This document shows, one piece after another, positions 41,260-51,529 of a stretch of DNA of 64,000 nt. Numbering within the stretch: position 1 is the stretch's first letter; every line of letters starts with the position of its first letter. Source of the stretch: Candidatus Babeliales bacterium (GTDB lineage Bacteria; Babelota; Babeliae; Babelales; JANWKD01); NCBI GenBank assembly GCA_963762115.1, contig CAVXJH010000003.1, positions 288,001-352,000 on the forward strand, in the 5' to 3' direction. The position numbers and the translations under genes are program-made. Under the pieces are notes generated by a model. It did no database searches. It was not told the origin of the DNA and worked only from the letters and a program-made list of their open reading frames with translations.

Positions 41260-41478
41260 TAACTTGAGCTCGATAAATTAAAAGCATAAACTTAACCTAA
41301 AGCAAGAGACATTAAAATCAGAATTGTCATTGCGAACCCTGCTTCGATAGCAGGGTGTGGCAACCCAGAATTTTGATACATTTCTTAAGGAACTCATTTT
41401 ATCTTCTGGGTTCCCACGCGTTCGCTCGGAATGACAACGGTGGTTATTTTGCTCATTTTAAACGTCAAGTTCACGTAA
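41260..41478. mobile_element. MITE-like element with internal REP doublet, copy 3
   Basis: Outer ends TAACTTGAGCTCGATA and (minus strand) TTACGTGAACTTGACG; GACATTAAAATCAGAATTGTCATTGCGAACC identical to copy 2. Confidence 0.7.
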
Positions 41479-41535
41479 ATAATTCTGTTAAAATAACAAT
41501 AGTGATCATTATGTTGCTTTATCAGATGAAGATTC

Positions 41536-43101
41536 TTAACTTAATACAATTTTAGATGGTTTATAAACAGGATAACCACCATACATATTAAGAGAAATAT
41601 CTTTCTGCCAAATGGGAATAGTAAAATTGAAATTTGGTAAAAATTTAAAAACTATCGGTATTGTTATCATACCACCAACGGCAAGCAATTTAGCCAAAAA
41701 CTCTGTATTGGCAATATCTTTTTTCATATCCTCATCAAAAACATGCCCTCGCCATTGAAGCCCTTTTACAAAACAATAAGCAGTTCCTCGCAATAATAAT
41801 TCAAGAGAAAAATTATTACTCCTTGAGGAACCCGTACTGCTTTGTGGCCCAAAAGTTCCCAATCCACAAAAACCGCCCAACGCAAACCCAAGACCCGCAG
41901 CTAAAGCAATTCTTTTGGCAAAAAACGGATAATGCATACGTTTTTCATATACATTAGGCTGAATTGATTGCTCAAGAACATTTATCGCTTCTTTGCTTAA
42001 ACAGCCTTTCGAAAAACTCAATATTCCTTCTTGTCCGGCCTTGAATGGCGAAATATATTCAATTGGATTATTGTTAAGTACTAATACAAAGCCATCAGGT
42101 AATTTTTTGGGCATTATAAGAGTTTTCATCTTCGGATTATTATATGCATACAAACATTTTAATTTTGGAAAAACTTTCAAAAGAGCATCAACATCAAGTT
42201 TTATAAGTTCATTACCGGAAATATTAACAAATTCCGTTATAGTAAGCTGATAGTGCAGAAGATTAGCCTCTTCATATTGAGCATTAATCTCTTTATATGC
42301 ATTAATACCATACAAAGTTTGCAATTTTTTATCCGCTAACCAAAGCACAAATACATCTTGATAAGGTGGACCATTGTAAATAGCAGGATCATTAATAATC
42401 GGACCCATTGGCAGAAGATGACCATACAAAATACGTACGCGACGATCTGCAGCACGATGAATGGAGCATTGATCTTTGTTATCTGTAGGGTTATAAAGGC
42501 GAATCATTCTGCTAGGAATAATTGCTTCTTTTAGACTTACAAGGGAATTACCGCCATATTCCAACATATATTTAGAAATAGCGGGATCATCATTTGCACA
42601 CTCTTCAAGTTGTGAGGCAATATATTGATTTCCTTCCTTTGGAATTTGAAAATAATCGGCAAGCGCCATTACCGCTTTCAAATGTTTTGTTTTTATTGAT
42701 TTTGGCCCCATTTGATTAGCGCAATTGACAACCATTTTAATAATTTTAGCCGTTGGTTCAATTGTATCGAAAGTTTTTGTATCAATAGGTTCTTTATAAA
42801 AATCTAAATCAGGAAGTACAGGTATAACTTCAATGAAATCAATTCCATCAAAGCTACCCTCTTTTACTACATCACCCAAGTCTTTAATCTTATCAGTTTT
42901 AAAACGTAATGCGCCTTTTATATATTCTGATTTTCTTGCAGAAGTAGTATGAAGTGAAAATATTTTTCCATTAAAATCTCTCACCGTTAACAAAGGCTTA
43001 TAAAAAAGAATATCATCTTCAGCATAATCAACATTCATGCCAAAACTAGAAAATACGGTCAAAAATAAGACAATCAAAAAAATATTGTTAATTTGTTTCA
43101 T
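41536..43101 (-). CDS. Exported BTB/Skp1-like plus leucine-rich-repeat protein with C-terminal hydrophobic segments
   Basis: DFNGKIFSL…SEYIKGAL…VMALADYFQI (BTB/Skp1-like); NISGNELIKL, LKCLYAYNNP, LVLNNNPI (LRR). Confidence 0.65.
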   Translation of the reverse strand: MKQINNIFLIVLFLTVFSSFGMNVDYAEDDILFYKPLLTVRDFNGKIFSLHTTSARKSEYIKGALRFKTDKIKDLGDVVKEGSFDGIDFIEVIPVLPDLDFYKEPIDTKTFDTIEPTAKIIKMVVNCANQMGPKSIKTKHLKAVMALADYFQIPKEGNQYIASQLEECANDDPAISKYMLEYGGNSLVSLKEAIIPSRMIRLYNPTDNKDQCSIHRAADRRVRILYGHLLPMGPIINDPAIYNGPPYQDVFVLWLADKKLQTLYGINAYKEINAQYEEANLLHYQLTITEFVNISGNELIKLDVDALLKVFPKLKCLYAYNNPKMKTLIMPKKLPDGFVLVLNNNPIEYISPFKAGQEGILSFSKGCLSKEAINVLEQSIQPNVYEKRMHYPFFAKRIALAAGLGFALGGFCGLGTFGPQSSTGSSRSNNFSLELLLRGTAYCFVKGLQWRGHVFDEDMKKDIANTEFLAKLLAVGGMITIPIVFKFLPNFNFTIPIWQKDISLNMYGGYPVYKPSKIVLS

Positions 43102-43193
43102 ACGACCAACGTTAAAATCAAAAAATACTATTACAACTCAACTATTATACATAAAACCAGCATTCATTCATACAAAATCGAAAGAATTAACGC

Positions 43194-44000
43194 TTAATTT
43201 GATACATAACGTATTTCAGTGCTCTCATCCTGTTCATCATTGAGAAACTGTAAATTAGTACAATATTCACGTAATTTTTTACTTGAAAATCTTAAAGTAA
43301 CGCATTGTTTATACAATTTTGGCAAGAGTATTAGTGATCCTGATAATCCAACACCAAGCATGGTGTATCCTAAAGACTTATTTTCTTCTTTTCTCAACAA
43401 AAAAGCACCTAACCCTACAACAATCGTAACATTCAAGCCGAGCAAACAAGTAGGAAAGAATTTCCAACATTTTCGTTCGAAATTCTTTTGCTCATTCCAT
43501 GTTTTTTCTTTTTCAACATTTCTTAAAAAATCGCGCAAAAGCCTAAAATTCATGGTCGTTAATTTATCTTGATGCAGCTTTGTAACAGCAATTGTTACAT
43601 TCTCATCATTTTCAAAAAAAGTTCGCGAAATATACTCATTGATACGAACATGATGTTCTTCTTTGCTCATCCGAAAATAAGTATCCTTAGATTCTTGATG
43701 AGCAATATATTCTCGAATAGTACCCATAGGAAGCTGAATGGGTAAATCTAAAAATTCTTTGGGATTTTTATCAAGTAATTGAGCTAAAGAACTAACATAC
43801 AAATTAGGCAAATTTTCAATTTGTTCATTCATTAATTGAATACGCTCAACAGGAACTTCCGGCGCATCTGACGATGATGCACCGCCAAACCACTGACCCC
43901 AAAGCGTTTTCTTTTGTCCGAGTTTCTTTTCCATTGCATGAGTAGTGCACTGTAAAAGCACACTACTTAGTATCATAAAAAAAATTTTCTTCATTACCAC
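43194..44000 (-). CDS. Exported protein with C-terminal two-helix hydrophobic hairpin
   Basis: Signal peptide ending THA; two TM segments joined by KEENKS; paralog of the upstream gene. Confidence 0.6.
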   Translation of the reverse strand: MVMKKIFFMILSSVLLQCTTHAMEKKLGQKKTLWGQWFGGASSSDAPEVPVERIQLMNEQIENLPNLYVSSLAQLLDKNPKEFLDLPIQLPMGTIREYIAHQESKDTYFRMSKEEHHVRINEYISRTFFENDENVTIAVTKLHQDKLTTMNFRLLRDFLRNVEKEKTWNEQKNFERKCWKFFPTCLLGLNVTIVVGLGAFLLRKEENKSLGYTMLGVGLSGSLILLPKLYKQCVTLRFSSKKLREYCTNLQFLNDEQDESTEIRYVSN

Positions 44001-44008
44001 ACTATTTT

Positions 44009-44722
44009 TTATTTATCTATAATTGTCCGACCATCCAAAGAATTCGACCAATTATTATATTTTTTCATATTTTTATTTGCTTCTGCGCATTTTACAGCAT
44101 GCTTTTTAAAACCTGAAACGCCTTGATATAATCCTAAACCGCCTGAAGCGACCGCTGAAAAACACAACAACTTATTACTTTCTTTATCAAAAAAAGATTT
44201 TAATCCCCAAAGCGTAGAAAAACTTGCTATGAAGCAAGAAAATAAAGAGCCAAGAACAAATCGATTATGCGACTTAATTTTTTGTTCGGCATTATTTCCC
44301 ATTTTTTCGACTTTTTCCTGCAAGTGCCTTCTGATTGGCTTCATAAAATCACTTTTTTGGTCAAGATCTTTTTGTGTCTCGAAATATTTCACTGCTTGTT
44401 CTATATTGCTTTCAGTCCTAAATACAAGAGTTAAAATTTGATTATCTAAGGCAACTTCCTCAAATTTTTCAGCATTTTTTAATTTCAGCAAACTCTGCAC
44501 TGGAAAAATAGCAGATATTTCCATCTCAAGAAACCCTTTTTTATCTTTTTCCAAAACATCCGCAAGCGCTTGAAGACCTTCACTCAATGTAATCACTCTT
44601 CCATATTTATGTTGCTCTTCAGCTGCTTGCGCAAATTCATTTGATTTTTGCGCAAGCTTTTTCATCGAATATAGAAAAGGGCTCACCGTAATCATGAGCC
44701 CAAAAATTATTTTTTTTACCAT
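44009..44722 (-). CDS. Exported protein with C-terminal two-helix hydrophobic hairpin
   Basis: LADVLEKDKKGFLEM matches LAQLLDKNPKEFLDL of the neighbour; TM-KESNK-TM. Confidence 0.6.
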   Translation of the reverse strand: MVKKIIFGLMITVSPFLYSMKKLAQKSNEFAQAAEEQHKYGRVITLSEGLQALADVLEKDKKGFLEMEISAIFPVQSLLKLKNAEKFEEVALDNQILTLVFRTESNIEQAVKYFETQKDLDQKSDFMKPIRRHLQEKVEKMGNNAEQKIKSHNRFVLGSLFSCFIASFSTLWGLKSFFDKESNKLLCFSAVASGGLGLYQGVSGFKKHAVKCAEANKNMKKYNNWSNSLDGRTIIDK

Positions 44723-44735
44723 TAATTTTTACCTA

Positions 44736-45260
44736 CTAAAATGGCAAATCATCTTGAAATGGTGGCTCATCTTTAAAAGCAAATTCGCCGGTATTTTCAT
44801 CAGATGATGATTTTTTTTTGCTTGATTTTACTCGACTTAGCATCGATTCCGCTGCTAACACGGCAGGATCAGAGCTAGGAACTGCTTGCGCATCAAGATC
44901 TGAAACTTCTGCTTCAGCACCAGCTTGTGCTGAACCCAAGAAGACTACGCGATCAGCGACAATTGAATGCTTGCTGCGTGTTTGGCCATCTGGTGATTGC
45001 CACGTATCAAATTTCAAGCGACCTTCAATTAAAACAGGACGACCTTTTTGCAAATATTGACGGCAACTTTCAGCTTGCGGACCAAAAACATCAATATCGA
45101 TAAAACAAACTTCTTGCACCATAGCGCCAGTTTGCTTGTTTTTGTATTGACGATTAACCGCTAACCCTAAACGACAAACTGCTTGCCCTGAGGGAAGTTG
45201 TTTATAATCTGGATCGCGTGTTAAATTACCAATTAATACAACACGGTTATAACTTGCCAC
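44736..45260 (-). CDS. ssb: Single-stranded DNA-binding protein
   Basis: NRVVLIGNLTRDP, C-terminal DDLPF. Confidence 0.97.
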   Translation of the reverse strand: MASYNRVVLIGNLTRDPDYKQLPSGQAVCRLGLAVNRQYKNKQTGAMVQEVCFIDIDVFGPQAESCRQYLQKGRPVLIEGRLKFDTWQSPDGQTRSKHSIVADRVVFLGSAQAGAEAEVSDLDAQAVPSSDPAVLAAESMLSRVKSSKKKSSSDENTGEFAFKDEPPFQDDLPF

Positions 45261-45304
45261 AATAATGACCTTTCAAAAAAAGAGTAATAATAATGAGCGT
45301 AACA

Positions 45305-45335
45305 AAAAAAACTGCTTTATTCAAAGCAGTTTTTT
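45305..45335. terminator. Intrinsic terminator (bidirectional-looking)
   Basis: AAAAAACTGCTTT-attc-AAAGCAGTTTTTT. Confidence 0.7.
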
Positions 45336-45364
45336 ATATAAAAATATTTTTATATAACATGATC

Positions 45365-46719
45365 TTAACTAATCAAACATGAGACAGTTTCAGTCAATTT
45401 TTTTTGATTGTTAATTAATTTCAACCCTTCGTCTATTCTTCTGTATAATAATAAAGGTTGTTTGAATGCTCCAATGCTACTTAATAATTTCTTTAAAACA
45501 ACCTCATTGTGTGTCGCTCTTGCTTTTTCAATGGCAAGTTTATACACCAATTTATCCAAGGTATTCATGGCTAATGTTTCTGGGCGCATCAAAAAAAACT
45601 GCTGTTCCCGATATCCCTCAGTGCGCACTAAACAATAGCAATCCTTCATCTTGGAAGTAATAATCATATTCGTAGGCAATGCATACTTATGCAATAATTG
45701 ACCATTTTTATTATATGAACAAAGATTATTATCAAAAACTGTCGTTATACAATTATCTTTGATTTCAACTATCTGACCCTGAATACTATAATCCTCACCA
45801 TTACAAAGCACTCGTGTTTTCGCACATAAATAATTCATACGCATAGCATCCTCAGTTGATATTAATATACCTCTTCTCTTTTTCTTACTTAATGCCACCA
45901 AAGCACTATCACGTGCAATGCCAATACTCGTTATCCCTTTAATGGGAATTTCTTCAAATACTCCTTCATCTATCATATATTTATATGATGGCTTATCTTT
46001 ACATCCTATAATTAAAAATTTATTATTTGGCGCAACAGCCAATGAAAGGATCATATTTGGTGCAGGCAATGCACACTCATATTGTTGAGGCTTCATAGAC
46101 CCATTATTGATAATGTTAGAAATTACCGTAATTGCAGAATTCGCAACAAATAACATTGGATTATCATGAAAAGAAAATGCCAATAAGCTTTCGTTAGCTA
46201 TTTTTAAAGTATGCAACAACTGCAAAGGAGCAGGGCCTGAATAAAGATACATATTTTGGTCAGATGCAGTTGCAAATAAAAGTGCTTTAGGAGCTCTCGT
46301 AAAAAACTTTATCGCTTCCCTATCATTATCATGAACATGATCTTTTTGATACGTTTCTTTTGTAAATAGATTTCTTATAAATATACCTCTTGAATCACAC
46401 CAAGCTAAATACGATGAGCCATCAAATTCAATAGATGTGGAAGAACTCATAAGCGGTAATTTCTCTTCAGAAAATTGCAGTGGCAAAGATTCATCAACTA
46501 CTTTAATTGTCTCTTGTTGCAGTTCTTCAGGAAGATCTATTAAATAACGGGTAATTTTTTTTATTTCTTGCGGCAAATCATCAAGATTGAAATCATCATA
46601 ATAATTTTTTTAAATGTCTGCAGACAAATATCTTTCAACGAAGGAACACGCATTGCAACAAGAGGAAAACTATATAGAGTCATACACAAAATCATAATAA
46701 CTATTTTAGTAAACTGCAT
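45365..46719 (-). pseudogene. Frameshifted gene: signal peptide + BC/SOCS-box-like motif + WD40-like propeller
   Basis: ATG 46719 encodes MQFTKIVIMILCMTLYSFPLVAMRVPSLKDICLQTFKK; one extra A in the A7 run (46605..46611) fuses it to the 403-aa ORF. Confidence 0.65.
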
Positions 46720-46733
46720 GACATATCTTTTCT

Positions 46734-47108
46734 TTAAACAACAACAACTTTTTTTAGTGCGACATGTTCATTACGAACCGTTATTGCACATTCATGACAT
46801 GAATTTTGCATCTTTTTTACACTATTCACATACTGTTGCAAATCTTGTTGCGATTTAGAAGAAAAAGAATTATTTTTTGACTGTTCCATAATTTCATGAA
46901 GATCATTCACAATTGTTTCCTGCACCGTTGCAAGTTCTTTTAATAGTTGTGTCGTTTCTTTTAAAAATTGACCATTAGTTGCAACAACATCTTCCTGCTT
47001 AATGCGTGGTTGTTTTTTAGCAGGTACCTTTTTTTGTATAAAACTTTCTGCGCTCAATCCAATAATAACAACAAGTAGAATCATAAAACTATATTTTATA
47101 ATGCGCAT
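46734..47108 (-). CDS. Hypothetical exported coiled-coil protein
   Basis: AGAGGA RBS; signal peptide. Confidence 0.6.
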   Translation of the reverse strand: MRIIKYSFMILLVVIIGLSAESFIQKKVPAKKQPRIKQEDVVATNGQFLKETTQLLKELATVQETIVNDLHEIMEQSKNNSFSSKSQQDLQQYVNSVKKMQNSCHECAITVRNEHVALKKVVVV

Positions 47109-47132
47109 ATAAATTCCTCTTTATACGATTTT

Positions 47133-47723
47133 TTATTCTGGTGCTTTTACAAATCGAATGGCGATTGAAATATAATGCAATAAACATGCTCCGCTCAATA
47201 CCGTTAATAACCCAAGCATAAAATAATAGGTTTTTACCGGCAACCAATTGAAAAAATAACAGGAAAAAAGCCATACAATAAAACAAATTTGTACAAACGT
47301 AGTCATTTTACCCAATAATGTTGGCTTAATTTCGATAAACCCTTTCATCAGATAAACCACCAATGAACCGCCAATCATGACTAATTCTTTAATAAGCACT
47401 AAAAAAACAAACCAACGGGGAATTGAAAATAAAGGTGAATGCACAAACGCCAATGTGGCAAAACAAGAAATTAAAAGTAATTTATCTGCTAAGGCATCAA
47501 GGCAAGCGCCCAAAAATGTTTTTGCATTACATAACCTAGCCAAAGCACCATCAATCATATCCGTGCTCGCTGCAGCAATAAAAAGATAAAAACTGAGCCC
47601 CCAATGTTGCTCAACCATGGTTACAACAATCCAAGGAACCAAGAAAATTCTCATAATCGTAAACAAAGTAGGAATAGTAATTCGCCATTCACGATGAGAA
47701 AGAGGATAAGAAAATAAATTCAA
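47133..47723 (-). CDS. CDP-alcohol phosphatidyltransferase (PgsA-like)
   Basis: TDMIDGALAR…GACLDALADK signature. Confidence 0.9.
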   Translation of the reverse strand: MNLFSYPLSHREWRITIPTLFTIMRIFLVPWIVVTMVEQHWGLSFYLFIAAASTDMIDGALARLCNAKTFLGACLDALADKLLLISCFATLAFVHSPLFSIPRWFVFLVLIKELVMIGGSLVVYLMKGFIEIKPTLLGKMTTFVQICFIVWLFSCYFFNWLPVKTYYFMLGLLTVLSGACLLHYISIAIRFVKAPE

Positions 47724-47812
47724 CAGTATTCCTAAAATTTTTATTAAGCTAAGTTGATGTATCAGTTTCTTTACTAGAATACCAGAAAATAGAGTAATGA
47801 AAATAAGGCTTT

Positions 47813-48871
47813 TTAGCTGGTTTTTTGAATTATACCGCTACCCAAGCAAATATTTCCCTCATACAATGCTGCAAACTGCCCTGGCGCGATTCCTTGATCA
47901 TGCTCTTTGAGCATAATTTGAGCTTTATCATCCTGAAAAATAATATGTGCCTCATGTTTATGCGGCCCATGGCGAAGCTTTACTGATAGATTTGTCTCAA
48001 TTGGTTGTTCGCCAGAAATCCAATTGAATTGACTCACCTCACACCGATTACGTTCTTTATCAGGGGCATAATATGATCGTGAAATATAAAGAGTATTCTT
48101 ATCAATATCTTTTGACACAACATACCAAGGCCCACCGGCTAACCGTAAACCCTGACGTTGCCCAATAGTATAATACCAAAAGCCCCGATGAGTACCCATG
48201 CTAATTCCTGTTTCAACTTCAATCATATCACCTGGCTTTTCCCCTAAGTGATAGTGCAAAAATTCATCAAACTTGAGCTTGCCAAGAAAACAAATTCCTT
48301 GACTATCTTTTCTGATTTTATTGGGTAAATCATACTGTTCTGCCAATGCCCTGACTTCTGATTTTTGCAAATGGCCAATGGGAAACAAAGCACGTGCTAA
48401 TTGAGCTTGACTCAAATGGGACAAAAAATATGTTTGATCTTTTATGGGGTCTGGCGCTTGAGCCAATTGAAAAGCTCCGTTTTTTTCGAAAACTTGTGCA
48501 TAATGACCGGTAGCAACCTTATCAAATTCATTGCCAATGAGATCATAAAAGGCACCGAACTTCACTTGTTGGTTGCAGAGCACATCAGGATTTGGCGTAA
48601 AACCAGCTTTAACTTGATTAATAGTATAAGAAACAACCCTATCCCAATATTCTTTCTGCATGGACACTATGCGCAAAGGAATATCGAGTTGCTCACAAAC
48701 GCCCTGCACATATTGCAAATCTTCCTGCCAAGGACAGGTACCCAAAAATGATAGCTCATCTTCAAGCCAAATTTTCAGATAAAAAGCGGTGAGTTCATGA
48801 CCCTGATTTTTGAGCAGTTGCAAAGCAACAGAACTATCAACACCACCAGAAACTAAAATTGCTATTTTCAT
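47813..48871 (-). CDS. mnmA: tRNA-specific 2-thiouridylase
   Basis: SGGVDS, TPNPDVLCN, ATGHYA, KDQTYFL, DSQGICF. Confidence 0.96.
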   Translation of the reverse strand: MKIAILVSGGVDSSVALQLLKNQGHELTAFYLKIWLEDELSFLGTCPWQEDLQYVQGVCEQLDIPLRIVSMQKEYWDRVVSYTINQVKAGFTPNPDVLCNQQVKFGAFYDLIGNEFDKVATGHYAQVFEKNGAFQLAQAPDPIKDQTYFLSHLSQAQLARALFPIGHLQKSEVRALAEQYDLPNKIRKDSQGICFLGKLKFDEFLHYHLGEKPGDMIEVETGISMGTHRGFWYYTIGQRQGLRLAGGPWYVVSKDIDKNTLYISRSYYAPDKERNRCEVSQFNWISGEQPIETNLSVKLRHGPHKHEAHIIFQDDKAQIMLKEHDQGIAPGQFAALYEGNICLGSGIIQKTS

Positions 48872-49032
48872 ACTTTTTCACATATTTTAAGAACATACAC
48901 TTTTTTAAAGTATATGCGCACTTTGAATAATTGTCTATTTGACTAAAAATAACAATATAGATTAACTTTTGTAAGTTAATTTGATTTTTGATAGTATTAT
49001 AAGAGGTAATATAACCCTTTATAAAGGATCTC

Positions 49033-49710
49033 ATGTTCAAAAAACTATTTTTTCTCTGTAGCATTTTCATAAATCTACCAATTGTCATAACAGCTTTTGA
49101 TTCAACAGCACCTCTTAATCCTGATCTAACTTATGAAAAAAAAATAGCAAAAGAAATTAGATTGAAAAAAAAGCTAGAAGCGATTGTACAAGATGATGAA
49201 TTTGAGATTCCAATTGAGGAACAAAAACAAAAAATACGAAAAATTCATGAAAAATTAAAAAAAATGGGCGAAAAGCACCTCTCACTTCTTGAAAACATTG
49301 CTGCTACTGAGTTAAAAATACCTAGCAGTGAAACCAACGAGACCACTTTTTATAAAATTCATCCTGGAATACTTCACAGAACGATTCCTGAAATTTTAGA
49401 ATTTCTAATTGTCGAACTTGGTTATCCAACAAAAAATGCCCTTATGCATTCACTGACGCAACTACATGATTTATATCTTACTCCAAATGTAGTTAAAAAT
49501 TTACAAATTTTAAAACAGTATTCAACATTAACCGAACTTGAAAACAAAAAAATTATTAAACTGTTACATTATCAAAAATTATATGAATGCAAAAAAACAA
49601 TAAGATGGAGCCCAATACAACGTAAAAGTGCAAAATATAACAGAGATTGTATTGCTTCAAAAGAAATCGAAAAAATATTTAAACCTAAACACCAAGATGA
49701 CAATCAATAA
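49033..49710 (+). CDS. Hypothetical exported protein
   Basis: AAAGGA RBS, signal peptide; no recognised domain. Confidence 0.55.
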   Translation: MFKKLFFLCSIFINLPIVITAFDSTAPLNPDLTYEKKIAKEIRLKKKLEAIVQDDEFEIPIEEQKQKIRKIHEKLKKMGEKHLSLLENIAATELKIPSSETNETTFYKIHPGILHRTIPEILEFLIVELGYPTKNALMHSLTQLHDLYLTPNVVKNLQILKQYSTLTELENKKIIKLLHYQKLYECKKTIRWSPIQRKSAKYNRDCIASKEIEKIFKPKHQDDNQ

Positions 49711-49774
49711 TTTTTGTATATGCTAAAAACCAGTATAAAAATAACAGTTTTCCTGCAATACATAGTGAATTTCC

Positions 49775-51430
49775 ATGACACAAAATCCTTTGAACAATCT
49801 TCGCCATAGTTTTTTTGAATATCTGACCACCTCATTTTCATCAACAAGTGAGTTATTCAATACAATAACTTTTGAACTCAATACTGATGAAAATAAAAAA
49901 GATTTTGGCGATATCAGCACCAATGCGGCACTCATTATTGCAAAGGCGCTCAAAAAAAATCCTCGTGAAATTGCTCAAACAATAAGCAAAGATTTTGTTC
50001 ATGCGCAAATAAAAAAAACAGAAATTGCCGGACCAGGATTCATTAATTTTTTTCTTACCCAAGAACTTTTTAGCACCCTTGCACATCTTCTTTTTGCAGA
50101 TCATACATCATTTTTTGCTGCAACGAGTTCACCAAAAAAACGTTATTGCATAGAATTTGTCAGTGCAAATCCAACAGGCCCTCTGCATTTAGGCCACGGA
50201 CGTGGCGGCATTATCGGCGATGTTTTGGGCACCATTTTGCGCTTTCTTGGTCATGACGTGACAAAAGAATATTATATTAATGATGCTGGCTCTCAAATTC
50301 TCAAATTAGGATTATCACTCAAAATTCGTTGTCAACAACAACTCGGCTATGAAGTTACCTTTCCTGAAGATGGGTATCATGGCGATTATATAAAAACCGT
50401 TGCTCAAGAATGCATTCAAGAATTTGGTGAATCAATTATCAACGAACCTGAAATCATTTTTGCTCAGTATGCACAAACAAAATTACTTCGCCTCATACAA
50501 AAAACCTTAGAAGAGTACGGCATCAAATTTGATGTTTGGTTCTCAGAAAAAACCTTGCATGATGCACAAGCGGTCAAAACAATTCTTGAACACCTCGAAA
50601 AAGGTGGTTTTACTTTTTTTCAAGAAGGCGCTCGTTGGTTTGCGTCCACGCGTTTTGGTGATGACAAAGATCGCGTACTACAAAAAGCAACGGGAGAATA
50701 TACGTATATTGCTGCTGATGTTGCTTATTTAGAAAATAAACTAAAACGTGGCTTTGATAACCTCATTATGATTTTAGGACAAGATCACCATAGTTATGTC
50801 ATACGGATGAAAGCACTTATGCAAGCATTAGGAGAAGATCCTTCACGCTTGGATATAATCCTCTATCAATTGGTGACGCTCAAAGAAGATGGTGAACTGT
50901 TACGTATGTCAAAACGCGCAGGCACTATGGTTACTTTGCAAGAAGTCATCGAAACTGTCGGAAAAGATGTTGCACGATTCTTTTATTTAAATCGTAAAGC
51001 TGATGCTCACTTAGAATTTGATATGGGATTGGCGCTCAAAAAAACTGAAGAAAATCCCGTTTATTACATTCAATATGCTTATGTGCGCATTTTGAGTATT
51101 TTGAAAAAATCCGATGACGAAGCTGCTCTGCAAAATATTTCATTACAAGATCTCACCGATCTTGATTCTGATGAAACTGCTCTGCTCAAAAAAATTATTG
51201 CACTCAAAACATTACTTGAAACAATTTCACAACACTATCAAACACATTTGCTTGCTTATTATACCATTGAACTTGCGCATACATTCCATCGTTATTACAG
51301 CAAAAATCGTGTTATTGATCTAAAAAATCCAGAAAAAAGTCGCATGCGATTGGCACTTATGCACACCTTACGAGACACAATCTTATTATGCTTGCGTTTA
51401 TTAGGCCTTAGTGCACCAGAAAGCATGTAA
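49775..51430 (+). CDS. argS: Arginine--tRNA ligase
   Basis: IAGPGFINF, EFVSANPTGPLHLGHGR, MSKRAG, YIQYAY, C-terminal APESM. Confidence 0.97.
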   Translation: MTQNPLNNLRHSFFEYLTTSFSSTSELFNTITFELNTDENKKDFGDISTNAALIIAKALKKNPREIAQTISKDFVHAQIKKTEIAGPGFINFFLTQELFSTLAHLLFADHTSFFAATSSPKKRYCIEFVSANPTGPLHLGHGRGGIIGDVLGTILRFLGHDVTKEYYINDAGSQILKLGLSLKIRCQQQLGYEVTFPEDGYHGDYIKTVAQECIQEFGESIINEPEIIFAQYAQTKLLRLIQKTLEEYGIKFDVWFSEKTLHDAQAVKTILEHLEKGGFTFFQEGARWFASTRFGDDKDRVLQKATGEYTYIAADVAYLENKLKRGFDNLIMILGQDHHSYVIRMKALMQALGEDPSRLDIILYQLVTLKEDGELLRMSKRAGTMVTLQEVIETVGKDVARFFYLNRKADAHLEFDMGLALKKTEENPVYYIQYAYVRILSILKKSDDEAALQNISLQDLTDLDSDETALLKKIIALKTLLETISQHYQTHLLAYYTIELAHTFHRYYSKNRVIDLKNPEKSRMRLALMHTLRDTILLCLRLLGLSAPESM

Positions 51431-51529
51431 CTGTCCATCTTGGTAAAAAGATTAGACTATATAAGATATTTTCTTTATACTAATTATGACAAATAAGAAA
51501 TACAGAATATTTTCGAGATTAATCTTATC

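Noticed and set aside
30717..41478. Palindromic repeats as a possible CRISPR array or integron attC sites
   Set aside because: Copies are dispersed, not tandem with spacers; no cas or integrase genes; no RYYYAAC/GTTRRRY core pairs noticed
41355..41555. 66-aa ORF (also 30506..30715)
   Set aside because: Lies within or beside the repeat element, with no RBS or protein-like features
46568..46858. 96-aa plus-strand ORF
   Set aside because: Antisense to the frameshifted gene's 5' end and the upstream gene
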